Of a stretch of DNA of 64,000 nucleotides, positions 36,852 to 48,700 are shown in pieces; positions within the stretch are counted from its first letter, which is position 1, and every line of letters starts with the position of its first letter. Source of the stretch: a virus (Duplodnaviria > Heunggongvirae > Uroviricota > Caudoviricetes). The notes beneath the pieces were generated by a model. It ran no database searches. It saw only the letters and a program-made list of their open reading frames with translations, and was not told the DNA's origin. The DNA lies in the IMG/VR virus record IMGVR_UViG_3300028805_000044. One strand, 5' to 3'. The position numbers were made by a program, and so were the translations under genes.

Positions 36852-37703
36852 TTATTTTGTCTTATCTTTCCCCTGAGGTTCATCTATATTATCAGGGTAT
36901 AAATGTGGATAAGTATCTTTCTTTATAAGTTCAAGTATTTTTTTATTCTTAGGATTTTTCATCCATGTAATAACAGCATCATCTGTTCCACCTAAAATCT
37001 TATCACTGTACCAATAGTTCTTTTCACGAACAAAGATGATACCTGCTTCACGAGCATCAACAAGAAGAATACGTAAAGTAAGATCTCCTCCTGTGTATAG
37101 CTTAATAATCTTGTCTGGATCTTTTTCGGCTATCTGTAATAGATAATCTTCAACATCAGCATCAGATTGACCTGACATTCTCTTACCTAGAATCTTAGCC
37201 ATAGTAAGTCTTCCATCTACTCCATTATCATCATTGATAATAAAGTCAGAAGCTTGTAAAATCTTCTTTTTCTTAGAAACACGTAGTTTTACTTCTTCTC
37301 CTGGTCTATCTACGTAAAGTTCAGCAATACCATAACGAGGTCTTTTGGCTTTCCAGTCCATTGTACCATCTATAAGGTAGTCACCCTTTGCATCTTTAGC
37401 CCATCTTTCTGGAGCAATAAGAGGACAGTTCTTTATAGCTTCCCATTGAGCTGCTTGAATGTCGTCATCCAAATTAAATACAGTTCCATCTTCAACTATA
37501 ATCTGTTCTCCTTCCTTTATATAGTATTTACCACTATTTCTTTCAGCGTCAGTAAGAATTAAATCTCCTAAAGAATTAGTTGCTTTTACACATTCGGGGT
37601 ATCTCCCAGTTTTCGGATCTTTACAAGGTTGTAAATAATATTTTATTCCTACTTTACCATAAACACTGCGTAAAACAATGTAATTTTCTCTTGTCACACT
37701 CAT
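36852..37703 (-). CDS. Conserved crAss protein downstream of the major capsid gene, 283 aa
   Basis: Complete TAG-free ORF ending in TAA; function not recognisable. Confidence 0.75.
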   Translation of the reverse strand: MSVTRENYIVLRSVYGKVGIKYYLQPCKDPKTGRYPECVKATNSLGDLILTDAERNSGKYYIKEGEQIIVEDGTVFNLDDDIQAAQWEAIKNCPLIAPERWAKDAKGDYLIDGTMDWKAKRPRYGIAELYVDRPGEEVKLRVSKKKKILQASDFIINDDNGVDGRLTMAKILGKRMSGQSDADVEDYLLQIAEKDPDKIIKLYTGGDLTLRILLVDAREAGIIFVREKNYWYSDKILGGTDDAVITWMKNPKNKKILELIKKDTYPHLYPDNIDEPQGKDKTK

Positions 37704-37725
37704 ATTAACATCGAATAAATTTATA

Positions 37726-37762
37726 TAAAAATATGGAAGAGGAGGATTACGGCTCCTCTTCC
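37726..37762 (-). terminator. Intrinsic terminator after the major capsid gene
   Basis: Perfect 10-bp stem GGAAGAGGAG / CUCCUCUUCC (37735-37762) followed by AUAUUUUU. Confidence 0.8.
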
Positions 37763-37780
37763 CTTATCTTGATCTTATAA

Positions 37781-39202
37781 TCAAACTTCTCTTAGGATAA
37801 AGCTTCTATAAGGATTGAATACGCCTACACCACTGTAACCCCAGTTGATAATCTTAGAAGCAGCTACAGGGCTAGAAACTTCACCAGAGCTTAGACCATT
37901 ACGTCCACCTACACCAAGATACTTGTTAGTGATGAAGTCACCACCCTTCAGTGTGAACATCTGGATTGGTGGTTCAGCCTCAGTAGCATCAGCTGTTAGG
38001 TCAAGACATAGGCAATAAGCCTTCTGGAATCCATATTCTCTTGAGAATGTTCTATCTACCTTGAAGGTAATTTGGTTACCACCATATTCATAAGAATCAA
38101 ATGTAGCACCAACTTTGATATAGTCGTTAGCTTGTTTGCTATAGATATATGTACCTTCTGTCTTGTATTTAGCTAAGAAATCACCAAGAACTGTTTGGAT
38201 AAGAGTCCACATTCTTTCATTGCAGATGAACATGTACTTATTACCAGTTGGTTTCTTAGCTTTCTCGTTCATAGTAGCAATCACTACATTAAATACATCA
38301 ATAGTAAGTTTAACGAATGCATACTTAGAAGCGAATCTTTCAACTTGTGGGATAATACCATCACCAATATAGATAGGACGACCAGTATCTGGATCAGAAA
38401 TAGTTGGCTTTCCGTTAACATCGACGTTAGTCTTGTTGAAAAGTAAACCATTATTTCTTACATAGAGGAAGTTATCAAGAAGATTCTTCTCTAGTTTGTC
38501 CATTCTATAAATAGTTTCTGTAAGATTACCTTGTCCCTTGCCTTCACCGATAGAGATAAACTTATCTTCGAAAGCACCATACTGAGCAGAATAGCTATCA
38601 TCAACACGGTGAGTTGTGATGTAGTTTCTGTGTTTCTCAATATTTGATTGATACTTAACGTAACCTTCTTCGTGCATTTCAGGCATAGCATTGCTCTGGA
38701 ATCTTGTAGTCATACCAATTTGACAACCACTTAGGTCAAGAACTGACTTATAGTCATTATCAATCAGACGAACAGTTACTTCCCAGTAATCGTCAGCCTT
38801 TCTTACAGGTCTTGCTACAACAAAACATTGCTGTCCAGTTTCGTCAATCTTAAAGATGTCATATTTTTCATAGTATCTTTCTTTGAAGGCCATAACGATT
38901 TCTGCACCGTCAGCGCCATCTGTTTCAGGAACTGCTGCAAACTCAACTCTCTTAATGTAGTTAGTTTCAACTTCCCACTCAAAGTACATAGCATCAATTG
39001 ACTGATACTTGTTACCTTGCTTTCTATCTTGATAGAAAATATTTCTAAGAGATTCTGTTAGATATGAAGCAGTTAATTCAGGATAAAGTCTAGACACAAC
39101 GCCTAGCTTGTAAGGTTGAGTACCAAGGAACTTATAGAAATCCTCATAAGTTCTGGTTTCACTCATTGTAGATCTGTTAGTTACAAAATTTGCTACAATC
39201 AT
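37781..39202 (-). CDS. Major capsid protein (crAss-like, HK97 fold), 473 aa
   Basis: Size, codon bias, downstream terminator and the sequences (RTYEDFYKFLG, EMHEEGYVKYQSNIEKHRNYITTHR, IGDGIIPQVE, C-terminal VFNPYRSFIL) recall crAss major capsid proteins. No TAG. Confidence 0.88.
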   Translation of the reverse strand: MIVANFVTNRSTMSETRTYEDFYKFLGTQPYKLGVVSRLYPELTASYLTESLRNIFYQDRKQGNKYQSIDAMYFEWEVETNYIKRVEFAAVPETDGADGAEIVMAFKERYYEKYDIFKIDETGQQCFVVARPVRKADDYWEVTVRLIDNDYKSVLDLSGCQIGMTTRFQSNAMPEMHEEGYVKYQSNIEKHRNYITTHRVDDSYSAQYGAFEDKFISIGEGKGQGNLTETIYRMDKLEKNLLDNFLYVRNNGLLFNKTNVDVNGKPTISDPDTGRPIYIGDGIIPQVERFASKYAFVKLTIDVFNVVIATMNEKAKKPTGNKYMFICNERMWTLIQTVLGDFLAKYKTEGTYIYSKQANDYIKVGATFDSYEYGGNQITFKVDRTFSREYGFQKAYCLCLDLTADATEAEPPIQMFTLKGGDFITNKYLGVGGRNGLSSGEVSSPVAASKIINWGYSGVGVFNPYRSFILREV

Positions 39203-39227
39203 AGTTAAAATCTTATTTAAAAGTTAA

Positions 39228-40322
39228 TTACCAGTCTAAATCCTCAATAGAAGAGATATTCTTCTTCTCCTCTGGTTTAGCAGCAGGAGGAGGAGTAACA
39301 ACAACGTGTCCAGGCTATATGCCTTTCTTTCCATCCTCAAGTCCCTTATTGTAGGCTTCTTGTCTTATTTTCTTGATGGAATCTTTATACATTGTTGTAA
39401 TATCATCTATCATTTTGTCCCCATTAAGTGCATACCAAGCCATTGTTACTAATGACTCTGGATCATTGAGAACCTTACCTAAATTACTTATGCCTGCTTC
39501 GTCACGACCTAAAATAAACTCAGCTAGTTGTTCTTTATCATCTTTTTCTAATTCTACATCAAGTCCAGCGATAGAAGTTAGATTATCTATTTGTTCTGTG
39601 ATTACATTAGAAAACTGTTGATATTGTTCTTCTTGTTGTTGTTGAGCAAGAAGCTCTTGTTGCTGTTTATTTTGGTCTTCTAAGTCTTTGTATTCTTTAC
39701 GAATACCTTCTATTTGTTTCTTAAAAAGAGCCTCATCTTGTTTAGCATTTTCAAGTGACTTGGCGAGTTGTTCCTCGGTTATTCCATCCACTCGAGCTTG
39801 TAAATCTAAAACAAATAAGTCATCGTCACTAAGCTCATCCACAGTATATGAAGGCTCAGGTAACATTTGCTGCTGTAATTGACTGAGATATTGCTGAGGA
39901 GTCAAGTTATTAGTTCTTAACATATTCAGAAACTCTATCTCATCATCTGTCAGATCCGATTCTTCATTAGTTTCTTGAGAAGGAGGTGTTGTAGGCTCTC
40001 TCAGGATATTAAGCTGTTCTTCACGAGACAAAGTATCCCAAGCACGTTCCTCTACTTCATTGTTATCTCCATCAAACTTAATTTTAGAAGGATCTTGTAT
40101 TCCTTTTTCTTTAAGTAGTATTTTAATTATATCATCTTCTCCTTCCTGATTACCAGAGGGCGGAGGTGTTTCCTCACCCTTTTCAGCAGGAGGGGTTTCA
40201 TTCCCAGGTGTTGGGGGCTCCTATTGTGTAGGAGGTTCTTGTGGTGGCTCTGTACCACCCTGAGGTGGAGTGTCTTGCACTTCTTCCTCGTAAAAGTCTA
40301 AATCATCAATTCCTATTGCCAT
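39228..40322 (-). CDS. Acidic coiled-coil protein upstream of the MCP (scaffold-like), 364 aa
   Basis: Starts MAIGIDDLDFYEEE, with a Pro/Glu/Thr/Gln low-complexity N-terminus. Two TAGs (40221, 39315); ends TAA 39228. The position matches the conserved crAss gene before the MCP. Confidence 0.7.
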
Positions 40323-40347
40323 AATTCGTATTATTTATAAAACATAT

Positions 40348-40377
40348 CAAATATAATCAGAAATCTCTGCACTCAAA
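40348..40377 (-). promoter_or_regulatory. Bacteroidota sigma-type promoter for the capsid operon
   Basis: TTTG (40374-40377), 18-nt spacer, TATATTTG (40348-40355, an exact TAnnTTTG match), about 25 nt upstream of the ATG at 40322. Confidence 0.6.
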
Positions 40378-40430
40378 ATGCTAAAGCCATTATTTGGATA
40401 AAAATAAGCAAAAAGCATCTCAAGTGCAGA
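40366..40430 (-). other. Long RNA stem-loop between the endolysin and the capsid operon
   Basis: Minus-strand UCUGCACUUGAGAUGCU pairs with AGCAUUUUGAGUGCAGA over 17 bp including three G-U pairs, around a 31-nt loop. Confidence 0.6.
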
Positions 40431-40438
40431 TTTTCCAA

Positions 40439-40960
40439 TTAACCAATCCACTTCAAGTCATTTAGACGATTTAACCATCCTTTTAGAAATTTCTTATTAG
40501 CAGGTCTAGAATTAGCAATAGAAACAAAATGATCTTTACGTCTTAACCACAACTTATTAAATAAGGCTTTTTGGTCTGGGTAATTATTTATAGCATAAAG
40601 TGTATTAGGTCCTACAATTCCGTCATCTTTGACACCAAGCACTTTCTAAGGATATTTTATTCCATAAAGTCCACTTGCCCATACCCAATCCACTAGGAGA
40701 TTAGCTATAGATTGACTATTTATCTAGTCTGCCTTCCATCTATCCCAATACATAGTTTTTAGAATATCTGTCCATTCTTCTTGTGTTATATTTTTCAAGT
40801 CCTATTGAGTTGGAGTTTTCTTTCCTTTTTTAGCTCTATATGCTGTGTAAACAGCTATAGTAACTCCTTTCATTGTGGGACCTCCTTTATCTGCTGGGTC
40901 GTTTGACCAACCTCCTTCCCATTTAAGGATGTGTGGAACTAATTTATTTATATCAGCCAT
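40439..40960 (-). CDS. Glycoside hydrolase family 108 endolysin with C-terminal peptidoglycan-binding region, 173 aa
   Basis: [24 protein letters not shown] is the GH108 EGG..DP.D.GG.T..GVT signature. Three in-frame TAGs (40802, 40724, 40646) give WKAD[Q]INSQ and YP[Q][12 protein letters not shown]. Ends ...[19 protein letters not shown]. Confidence 0.9.
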
Positions 40961-41253
40961 TCTTTTATGAGTGGAATCATTTCCAATTTAATTTTACCTT
41001 GTTTATCTAGTTTATCAATGGTTTCTTTAACTATTTTCATTTGATCTCCGCTAATTTTTATTTCTTTATTTGGATCTTTATCAAAGTCCCATTTAACATA
41101 GTTATTATTTTCTATATATGAAACTTCTGCTTTTTCTTCATCACTTAATTTTAATTCTCTAGCTAAATCATATATATCTACCATTTCTGAAAGGGTACCT
41201 TCAGATGGAAGAATATTTAATAATAATAACCTATTTCTTATATCCATTATCAT
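40948..41253 (-). CDS. Hypothetical protein, 101 aa
   Basis: Complete ORF with an ATGA overlap upstream; ends in TAA overlapping the lysin start. No transmembrane segment, so not an obvious holin. Confidence 0.7.
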   Translation of the reverse strand: MIMDIRNRLLLLNILPSEGTLSEMVDIYDLARELKLSDEEKAEVSYIENNNYVKWDFDKDPNKEIKISGDQMKIVKETIDKLDKQGKIKLEMIPLIKEWLI

Positions 41254-44200
41254 TCACCGGAAGAACCGGCCTCCAAATTACTAATTGTTGTTCCTATATT
41301 AGTATAAGAAAGATTTAATTGTCCTTCTATAGTCTATAATTCAGAATAGGAAGCAAATATATTTATATTATTAACTGTAGTAGTTAAGTTATCTATATCA
41401 TCATTTATAGTATTTATAACAGTAGTCTGATTAGTTCTTTGTTCTGTGGTCATAGCAGAAATTTTAGCTTGAAGAGCTGCTCTTAGCTCTGCTACTCTTG
41501 TACCATTGTCACCATAATACTGTTCAAGTTGTATTCTTAAAGCATAAGCTGCTTCTGCATCCTAACTATTTTCATCATCAGTAGTTGTATGTGTCTGATT
41601 TTGGTCTCGAATATATCTATTATCAAAGGAAGGGTGATAATAACAAGTAAGAGTGAATCCTCCCCAGTTTACAGTGTCATCATCAGCTGTTGTTATTAGA
41701 ATAGTACTTCTATTAAATGCATGATCATCAAATACAAGACTACTACTTCCCCAACTGTAAAGTCCTCCAGAATCATATTTTCCACTAGTAGAGTTATCCT
41801 ATAAAGCTGATATTTTTGATCCATAGTCATATATACGACTATAATTAGCATCATAAAGTCCTGCATCATTAAAATGATAGGTATTTCCTTTAAAACATAT
41901 TTGATCTACTGAAGGTTTTATCTTATCAGTACACCTATTATCACTATTATACATTCTAAACTTTATATTTGGATTATCTAGCATATACTCACTATTGAAC
42001 ATAAAGTACTTTTTAACTATAGGCTAAGAGTCCACAAACTTACTACTATTAACTATTGTTATAGCATCTTCATAGTTTTCATCACAATAACCCTCATTAT
42101 GTCCTGTAATTTGGAAACTTATATTACCTTTAACTAATTGTTCTATAAACCATTCTCTTTGTTGAAATCCTTTATGATTATTATCATTAGTTTCCATATG
42201 AGGGAAGTTTAGAGCATAATAGCCAGCTTGCCATCCAACATAAACATAAGAAAAAGCAGATACATTACAGAAATATCTAACATATAATGTAGGCCTTCCT
42301 ATAACAGTACTGTGAATAGGAATAATAGTCAAGTTAAATATTATTCCAGGATTACTAATAGAAACGAAATCATTCCATGTAGGATTAGTAAGATTAGGAT
42401 TTACATTTACAAGAGCAAAATTACCCCTAGAGGTCATAATATTTCTATGTTTTACTGTTCCTGTACTATCATGAGATTGTAACTGTATATATGGAAGATT
42501 TGTCTGATTTTCACCGTAGCCATAACCAGTGCTTGATATAACAAGTGGATTGTAATTATGTATTTCATCCACAGTAAACATCGTAGTACTTCCAATATTA
42601 AGACCTCCTATTTTACCCTCAGTACTATAAAGAATACCATTTACTACAACTTTTCCGGTTTGGTTCCAATATAAAGTAGGACCTCCAAGATTTCCTTTTC
42701 CATCTACTTCAAGTCCCCACACTCTTAAGGGTTCTGTATACTGATTTACGAAAGCAGTTTCAGCATCAGCAGATAATAATCCATCATTAAAGGTTTCATT
42801 TGGATTATCTGGAACTCTATACCATGTAAATTCAACAGGATTTAACTAGTACTGTCCATCAGCTCCTTTACTAATTGGATAGCCATCAGGATTAACTCTT
42901 AACCAAATATATTTATTATCACTGCTTCTCTAGAATCTTCTAACATAATGTACAACTTTTGTATCTCTAAAATAATGCTCTCCTTCATTACCGATACTAG
43001 TAAGTTCTTTTATTCTATATATTCTTACAGTACCCTATAAAGCAGGAGTACTAGCAATAGGGTCACTACTTGTATATGTTATACTTGTGGATGGGGCACT
43101 CTAAGTTTGTCCTGGAGTAACGATGGTAAATTGAGTTTGTGCAACATTGGTTGCTACAGTACATCTTACCTAATCTACACTAAGGAATTTTGCTTGTATC
43201 TTTCCATTCTCAAACAAAGCAGTCGGAGCTACATAACCATTAAATTCGTCTTGTGTTGTAGCTATAATAATATGATTACCCCAAAGAAGAATATTATTAT
43301 TATCTATTCTCATACCAGCGGATCGTAACTCTCCTTTTGAGTAAACACTTTGTCTTATAAGAGTCTAAGCCCTTTCCGTATCCTATCTAAGTATATCTAA
43401 TGAATTATAGTAAGCATTCTATGCAGCAACTGCAAATGTTATTGCATCATTTCCTATATCAGCAAGAGAACGTCCGTTACTTAGGTAGAATTCTCCAGTC
43501 AAGAATACATTCTATCCATATAGTCCATAACCATAAGGCTATTTATCCATTGGGAAAATTTCATCTTGTATTCCATTTAGATTACCAAGACGTGCCTTTG
43601 TAGTTCTGGTGGAAGCAACCTATAAAAGAGGATGTTCTTCTTCAAGGACTATATAATCCTCTTCTACTGTTTCTCCACCTTCAAATCCTTCAGTTATTAC
43701 TTTCTCTCCATCTTCTGTAAGGAAAAAGAAGAATTCAGAAGCCGAACTAAATTCTGTATTCTCATTTGGTATAGTACTTAAGTAATAAATTATATCTACC
43801 GAACCTCCTGGAATACTTGGAACAGCACTTCCTGAAGCTAAGTAATATACATCATTATACTTAAAGTATACATATTCACATTTAGTTCCATCCTTCTATA
43901 TATAGTAATCTCCTGTATAAGGAATATCCACTAAATGGGTAAATCCAACAAAAGTATTCTTATTTACTGAAGCGGTAGTATGTAATTTTACTGTCTAATA
44001 TATAGGTACATAATAAATAACAGAATAATCTGGACGATTTACTCCAGAAATAACATCCATAAATGGAGCACCATTATCTGTAGATGTTATATAGACTGCA
44101 TTTTGACGTTGTGGATCCCATAGATTTCCCATCTATACTAAGGAATCCTTCTCTTCTACTAGTCCAATTAAGTCTTTCTTTTGTTGATTCTAGTAGGATA

Positions 44201-45752
44201 ATCTTATGACATTTCCATTTTCGTCATAATTTATGTTTTCATTTGGATCTTCACTTGGTTCTTTATAATGAGAAGATTGCTAATAAAGTCTAAGATTTAC
44301 TTCATCTTCCCCATATGTAACTTGAGCATTTAGAGACGAATCATATGTAATAGTAGTCTTTTTATCCAGAATTGAATCTGCAAGCTATATTATAAACTAC
44401 TTTCCTATGATATTACATACAACAGCATCGTAGTACTTTATACCTCCATATGTCCATTTCTAACATCTAAGAATATCTCCAGGCTTAAATACTGGAAGAC
44501 CATCATCATCGAAAGTTACTATATAGTAATCTCCTCCAGCAAAGTATTTAAAGTAAGAATATATAACAGATATATAAGAAGCTATATCTACGTTTCCTTC
44601 TTCTTTTTCTTGAAGATATCTTGTATAATCATTTCTAGTTATTATAGGAAAGGTACAATCAAATACAAATTCATCACTGAATAAACTATATATCCTGTAA
44701 TTTTCAGCATTTGTATCATTAAAGTAAGATCCAGCATAACTAGTATCTACAAGAGTCTTTACTATCTTAGCATTTCTAAGAGTTTCATTACTCCAGCATT
44801 GCTTTATAAATATTCCATCTCCACTTGCTGTAGAGAAGGCAGCTACTGGGTCAGTAAAGCTCTTATATTCTATTGGATCAAAAAGTCTTATAAAGAATTC
44901 ACCCTAATGTCTATTTAAACAGAACTTATTATATTCAGCAGTATCAGCAAAGAAACTACTTTCTTTTATTTCTAGCTTCTATACTGAGGTTACTTTACCT
45001 GCATTTGTAATCCATAAAGAACCATTAGTTGCTGATATTCTATTAACTACGAGTTCATATACTTGCATAAGTTTACGAACTACAAGATTATCTATAGTTA
45101 GAGTATTAGTATCAGCGTCCATTCTCCAACCATAGCCTCCGAATCCACTAGAGAATTCGGGAGTTCCTATACTTCCATGCGTTACGATATCTTTATAGAA
45201 AAGAGTAGAAGATTCAAACGTAATAGGCTTTCTAAAAGTCCAAGCACCGTTAATTTTTTCGTCTCGATTTCTTCGAGTGAAAGATTCTCCTGTCTCTCCA
45301 TTTAGATATCTAGCATTTAAGTTTTCGACAAGTGTAGAGCTATTTACATAAAGAGGAGGACCATTCTTTACATATATAGCAAGTCTACCTGTCATTGTAT
45401 CTCCAGAACGTTTTACATACCCAGTACCTTCAGGAGCCACATTTATGAGTTCTAAGAGCTCACCATCTATAAATAAATATAATATATTGCTTAACTTATC
45501 AAAAACAAAAGTTCCTTCTTTAAATTCAGTAGTATCAAGTCCTTCTATACCTTCTACTACTTTAACTCTTGAAGTACTTATATTAGGATCCTCTCCAGTT
45601 AAGCTTCTAATAACTTCTTCTAAAGTCTAGGATTTATTTCGGGACTTGATGTAGATCTTACCCAAAGATTCTAACACCAAGTCAGCCGAAATATTACCTA
45701 CGATATTGACTCTCTTGCCAAATACTGTATCTGTTCTAACTAAATTATCCAT
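41250..45752 (-). CDS. Large tail-associated structural protein, 1500 aa
   Basis: Starts MDNLVRTDTVFGKRVNIVGNISADLVLESLGKIYIK. Contains tail-fibre-like motifs YVKRSGDTMTG, GFGGYGWRMD and LTIDNLVVRKLMQVYELVVNRISATNGSLWI, plus ARLGNLNGIQD. One frame through TAGs to TGA 41250 (the middle was only spot-checked). Confidence 0.7.
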
Positions 45753-48700
45753 TTATTTCTATCCAAGTTTGTGGTATCCAAGAAGCATCGTGCATACCAA
45801 CGAATGTGCTAGCATTAGTAATAGAACCTTTATTAACACCTTCGACGTATCCAGATACATTTCTAATACGCGTAAATTTACTTGTATCAAACAAAGGAAT
45901 TGAACCTCTTAACTATCTATTGTTATTAAACATACCAGAGATATTAACAATACGTGGGTTGTATGGATTATCATTACCTTGTGGATCAAACAAGATAGAC
46001 TGAATAATACGTAACCCTCTATCGTAATCTCTAGCATTAGATACTTCAAATAATCTACTAACGTTCTGTAATTCAGAACATCCAGCAAATATACTCCAAC
46101 TTATTTGTGGATTTTCACCTTCATTAGCTTCATAATAATCCCATTCACTAAATAGTACATCTTTAAATAGAGAAGATACATCAGTAAGTTGAGTATTATT
46201 AACTAATAAATCTGAATTAACATCCACTCCAACTTCTATAAATGTATTCTAGAAGAGTCCTTCTATGGAAAGAAGATTTGGATTATTTTTCAATAAGTCT
46301 GGAGGATATTTAATACCTCTACATTGAGATGCAGGATATCCATGGTTAAATTTATAACTATTAAAGTTTACAAATGCACAGAATCCAAGTCCTGCAAATA
46401 CTGAATTAAATTTAGTATTATCAGGAAGAGCTTCAAATAATTTACAAGGTAATCTACCAACGAGTCCATCAACTACACCTGTAGATAATCCATTTACACC
46501 TTCATCGTTTGTTGTAATAACAGAAGTTGTATATGTAAGACCATTAAATGCTCCTTGTAAATCACTCTCAGAACTACAATATCTCAGATAGTCTGCTGGG
46601 AACATATAGTTCTAATAACCTACTTCTCTATCTCTAGCATCTGACAATGCTTGTAATTGTTCATTATCATATCTAAAGACATTATCATATAGATCTGAAT
46701 AATAAGGAGAATTAGTAAGATTTGGATTTATAGTAGCCCAGTCACGTCCATCTATATAGTAAGGATCATTTCCGTCAAAATTGGTAAAATCTAACTGGAA
46801 GTTCACTCTAGTTCCTGGAGTCTTAATAACTATATTATCCCAAGAAGTCTACAATTCCATCTTATTAAGAACATAAGGAGTTCCTATATCTAGTGTTCTA
46901 TTTTTGGTATATCCCAATTTGTAACACCCTGCAAATACAGAACTTATATTTTCTATAGTTTGTTGTATTTGTCCATTTCTCTCCATATAGAAGAACTTAT
47001 AAGGAATAGTACCAAATACTCCAGAATTATAAAGCATACTCTACACATTTGTAAGAGCACAATTTATAAATCCTTCTCCTCTTAGCTATATATTTAGATT
47101 ATGAGCATTATCAAATAGATAAGAAACATCTTTCAATGAGGTACAATCTCTAAATAGTAACACGTCTGGGAATGTATATGTTATACCTTCATTTGTAAGA
47201 GTTTCATTAGAGAAGAATCCTTGTACATTATTAAGTGCAGTACAACCTTCAAATATATCATTAGGAATAGTAGAATCTGTAAATGTAACTCCTCTAAATA
47301 CATATTTTGCTTGTAAAAGAGTAGATCTAAGATTAGTAAACATTTTACTCATCTAGAATAAATTACATTCTATACTTCCACCACTCATTTCAAATGGAGC
47401 ATTTATAACAGTACACTTAACTATTTCGTATTCTCCATCAGAAGTAAGTCTTCCTCCAAATACGTTATCGTGAATTTCTCCAACTAATTTTATTCCTTGA
47501 TATATAGAAGAATCTATAGTTCTTACTGTAATAGGAGTAGGCCAGTGGAATAAATAATCAAATGTAATTCCATCTACAACTTCAGATTCTATATCCATAC
47601 TAACCTTAGAACATCCAGAGAACATGCCTTTTGGGAATGTTGGCAGATTCCTTAAGTTAGTAAAGAAGGTCTTAGACTTAAGTCTTCCATTAGGAATGAG
47701 AGAATCTCTATTTACTAATTGATAGCTCTCTAGATTATAACAATTAGAGAACATATAGTCTGCTTCTAATAGTCCTATATAATCTCCATCTAGAGGAGCA
47801 AAAGCATTATTATCTATAAATTGTAGAGCTGTTCCACTAAATGCATTAGATGCTTGTTGTAAGTGGGGTAAGAAATCAAATGTTCCATATGTAGTAGTAT
47901 CCTAAGCATTATAGCTACTCTTTCTAGAATAAATACCACCTCTTACAGAAGTACTTTCTAAGAATGAATTTATATTAGTTACATTAGGACAATGCCTAAA
48001 TAAATCATATCCTATTTCAGCATCTATTCCATAACAATTTAGGAACATCTTATTTAGAGATGCTATATTATCATGTAACTTAAGCATTAGCATTACAAAA
48101 TCACTTCCAGATAAAGAAGAACATCCATTAAACATTTCATCAGTAGATGTAAGACTAGTGTCAAATGATATATTGCAAGCGTTTGCATTATTTATAAATG
48201 GAACTGGATATTGTAATACTGGATAGTTACTATATATAGAAGGAGAATTAAGTGTAAGAGAAGCACAATCCAAAAACACACGAGTGCCCATGATAGTAAA
48301 GTTTCCATGTAAGAATTGTAAACTACTACAACCTGAGAAAGCTCCTCCCATCAATCTTATAGGATTATCTTGATCATTTACGCATTTAATTCCTTGTACA
48401 TTTCTATTATCTGTAAGTGTAAGCATCTACAAATCTTCAAATTGTTGTAAATCAAGATATGTAGTAGCAAGTGGAACTGTATTATCATATTTTAGATAAC
48501 TGATATTGTTTCCACTTAGATTAAGTTCTTTCAGTGTAGTCCAATTAGCCTTAGATGGGAATGTAATATTTGTAGTAAGTATTCTTGCTAATTGTACATT
48601 CTCTAAGTTTGAAGCACCTACAAGATTTATTTCTAACTCTTGATTATTCTAATTATTGAAGCTTACGTATTTAAGTCCAGGACAAGCAGAAACTGTAAAC

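Noticed and set aside
40948-41253. Holin candidate next to the endolysin
   Set aside because: The protein is highly charged with no convincing transmembrane helix.
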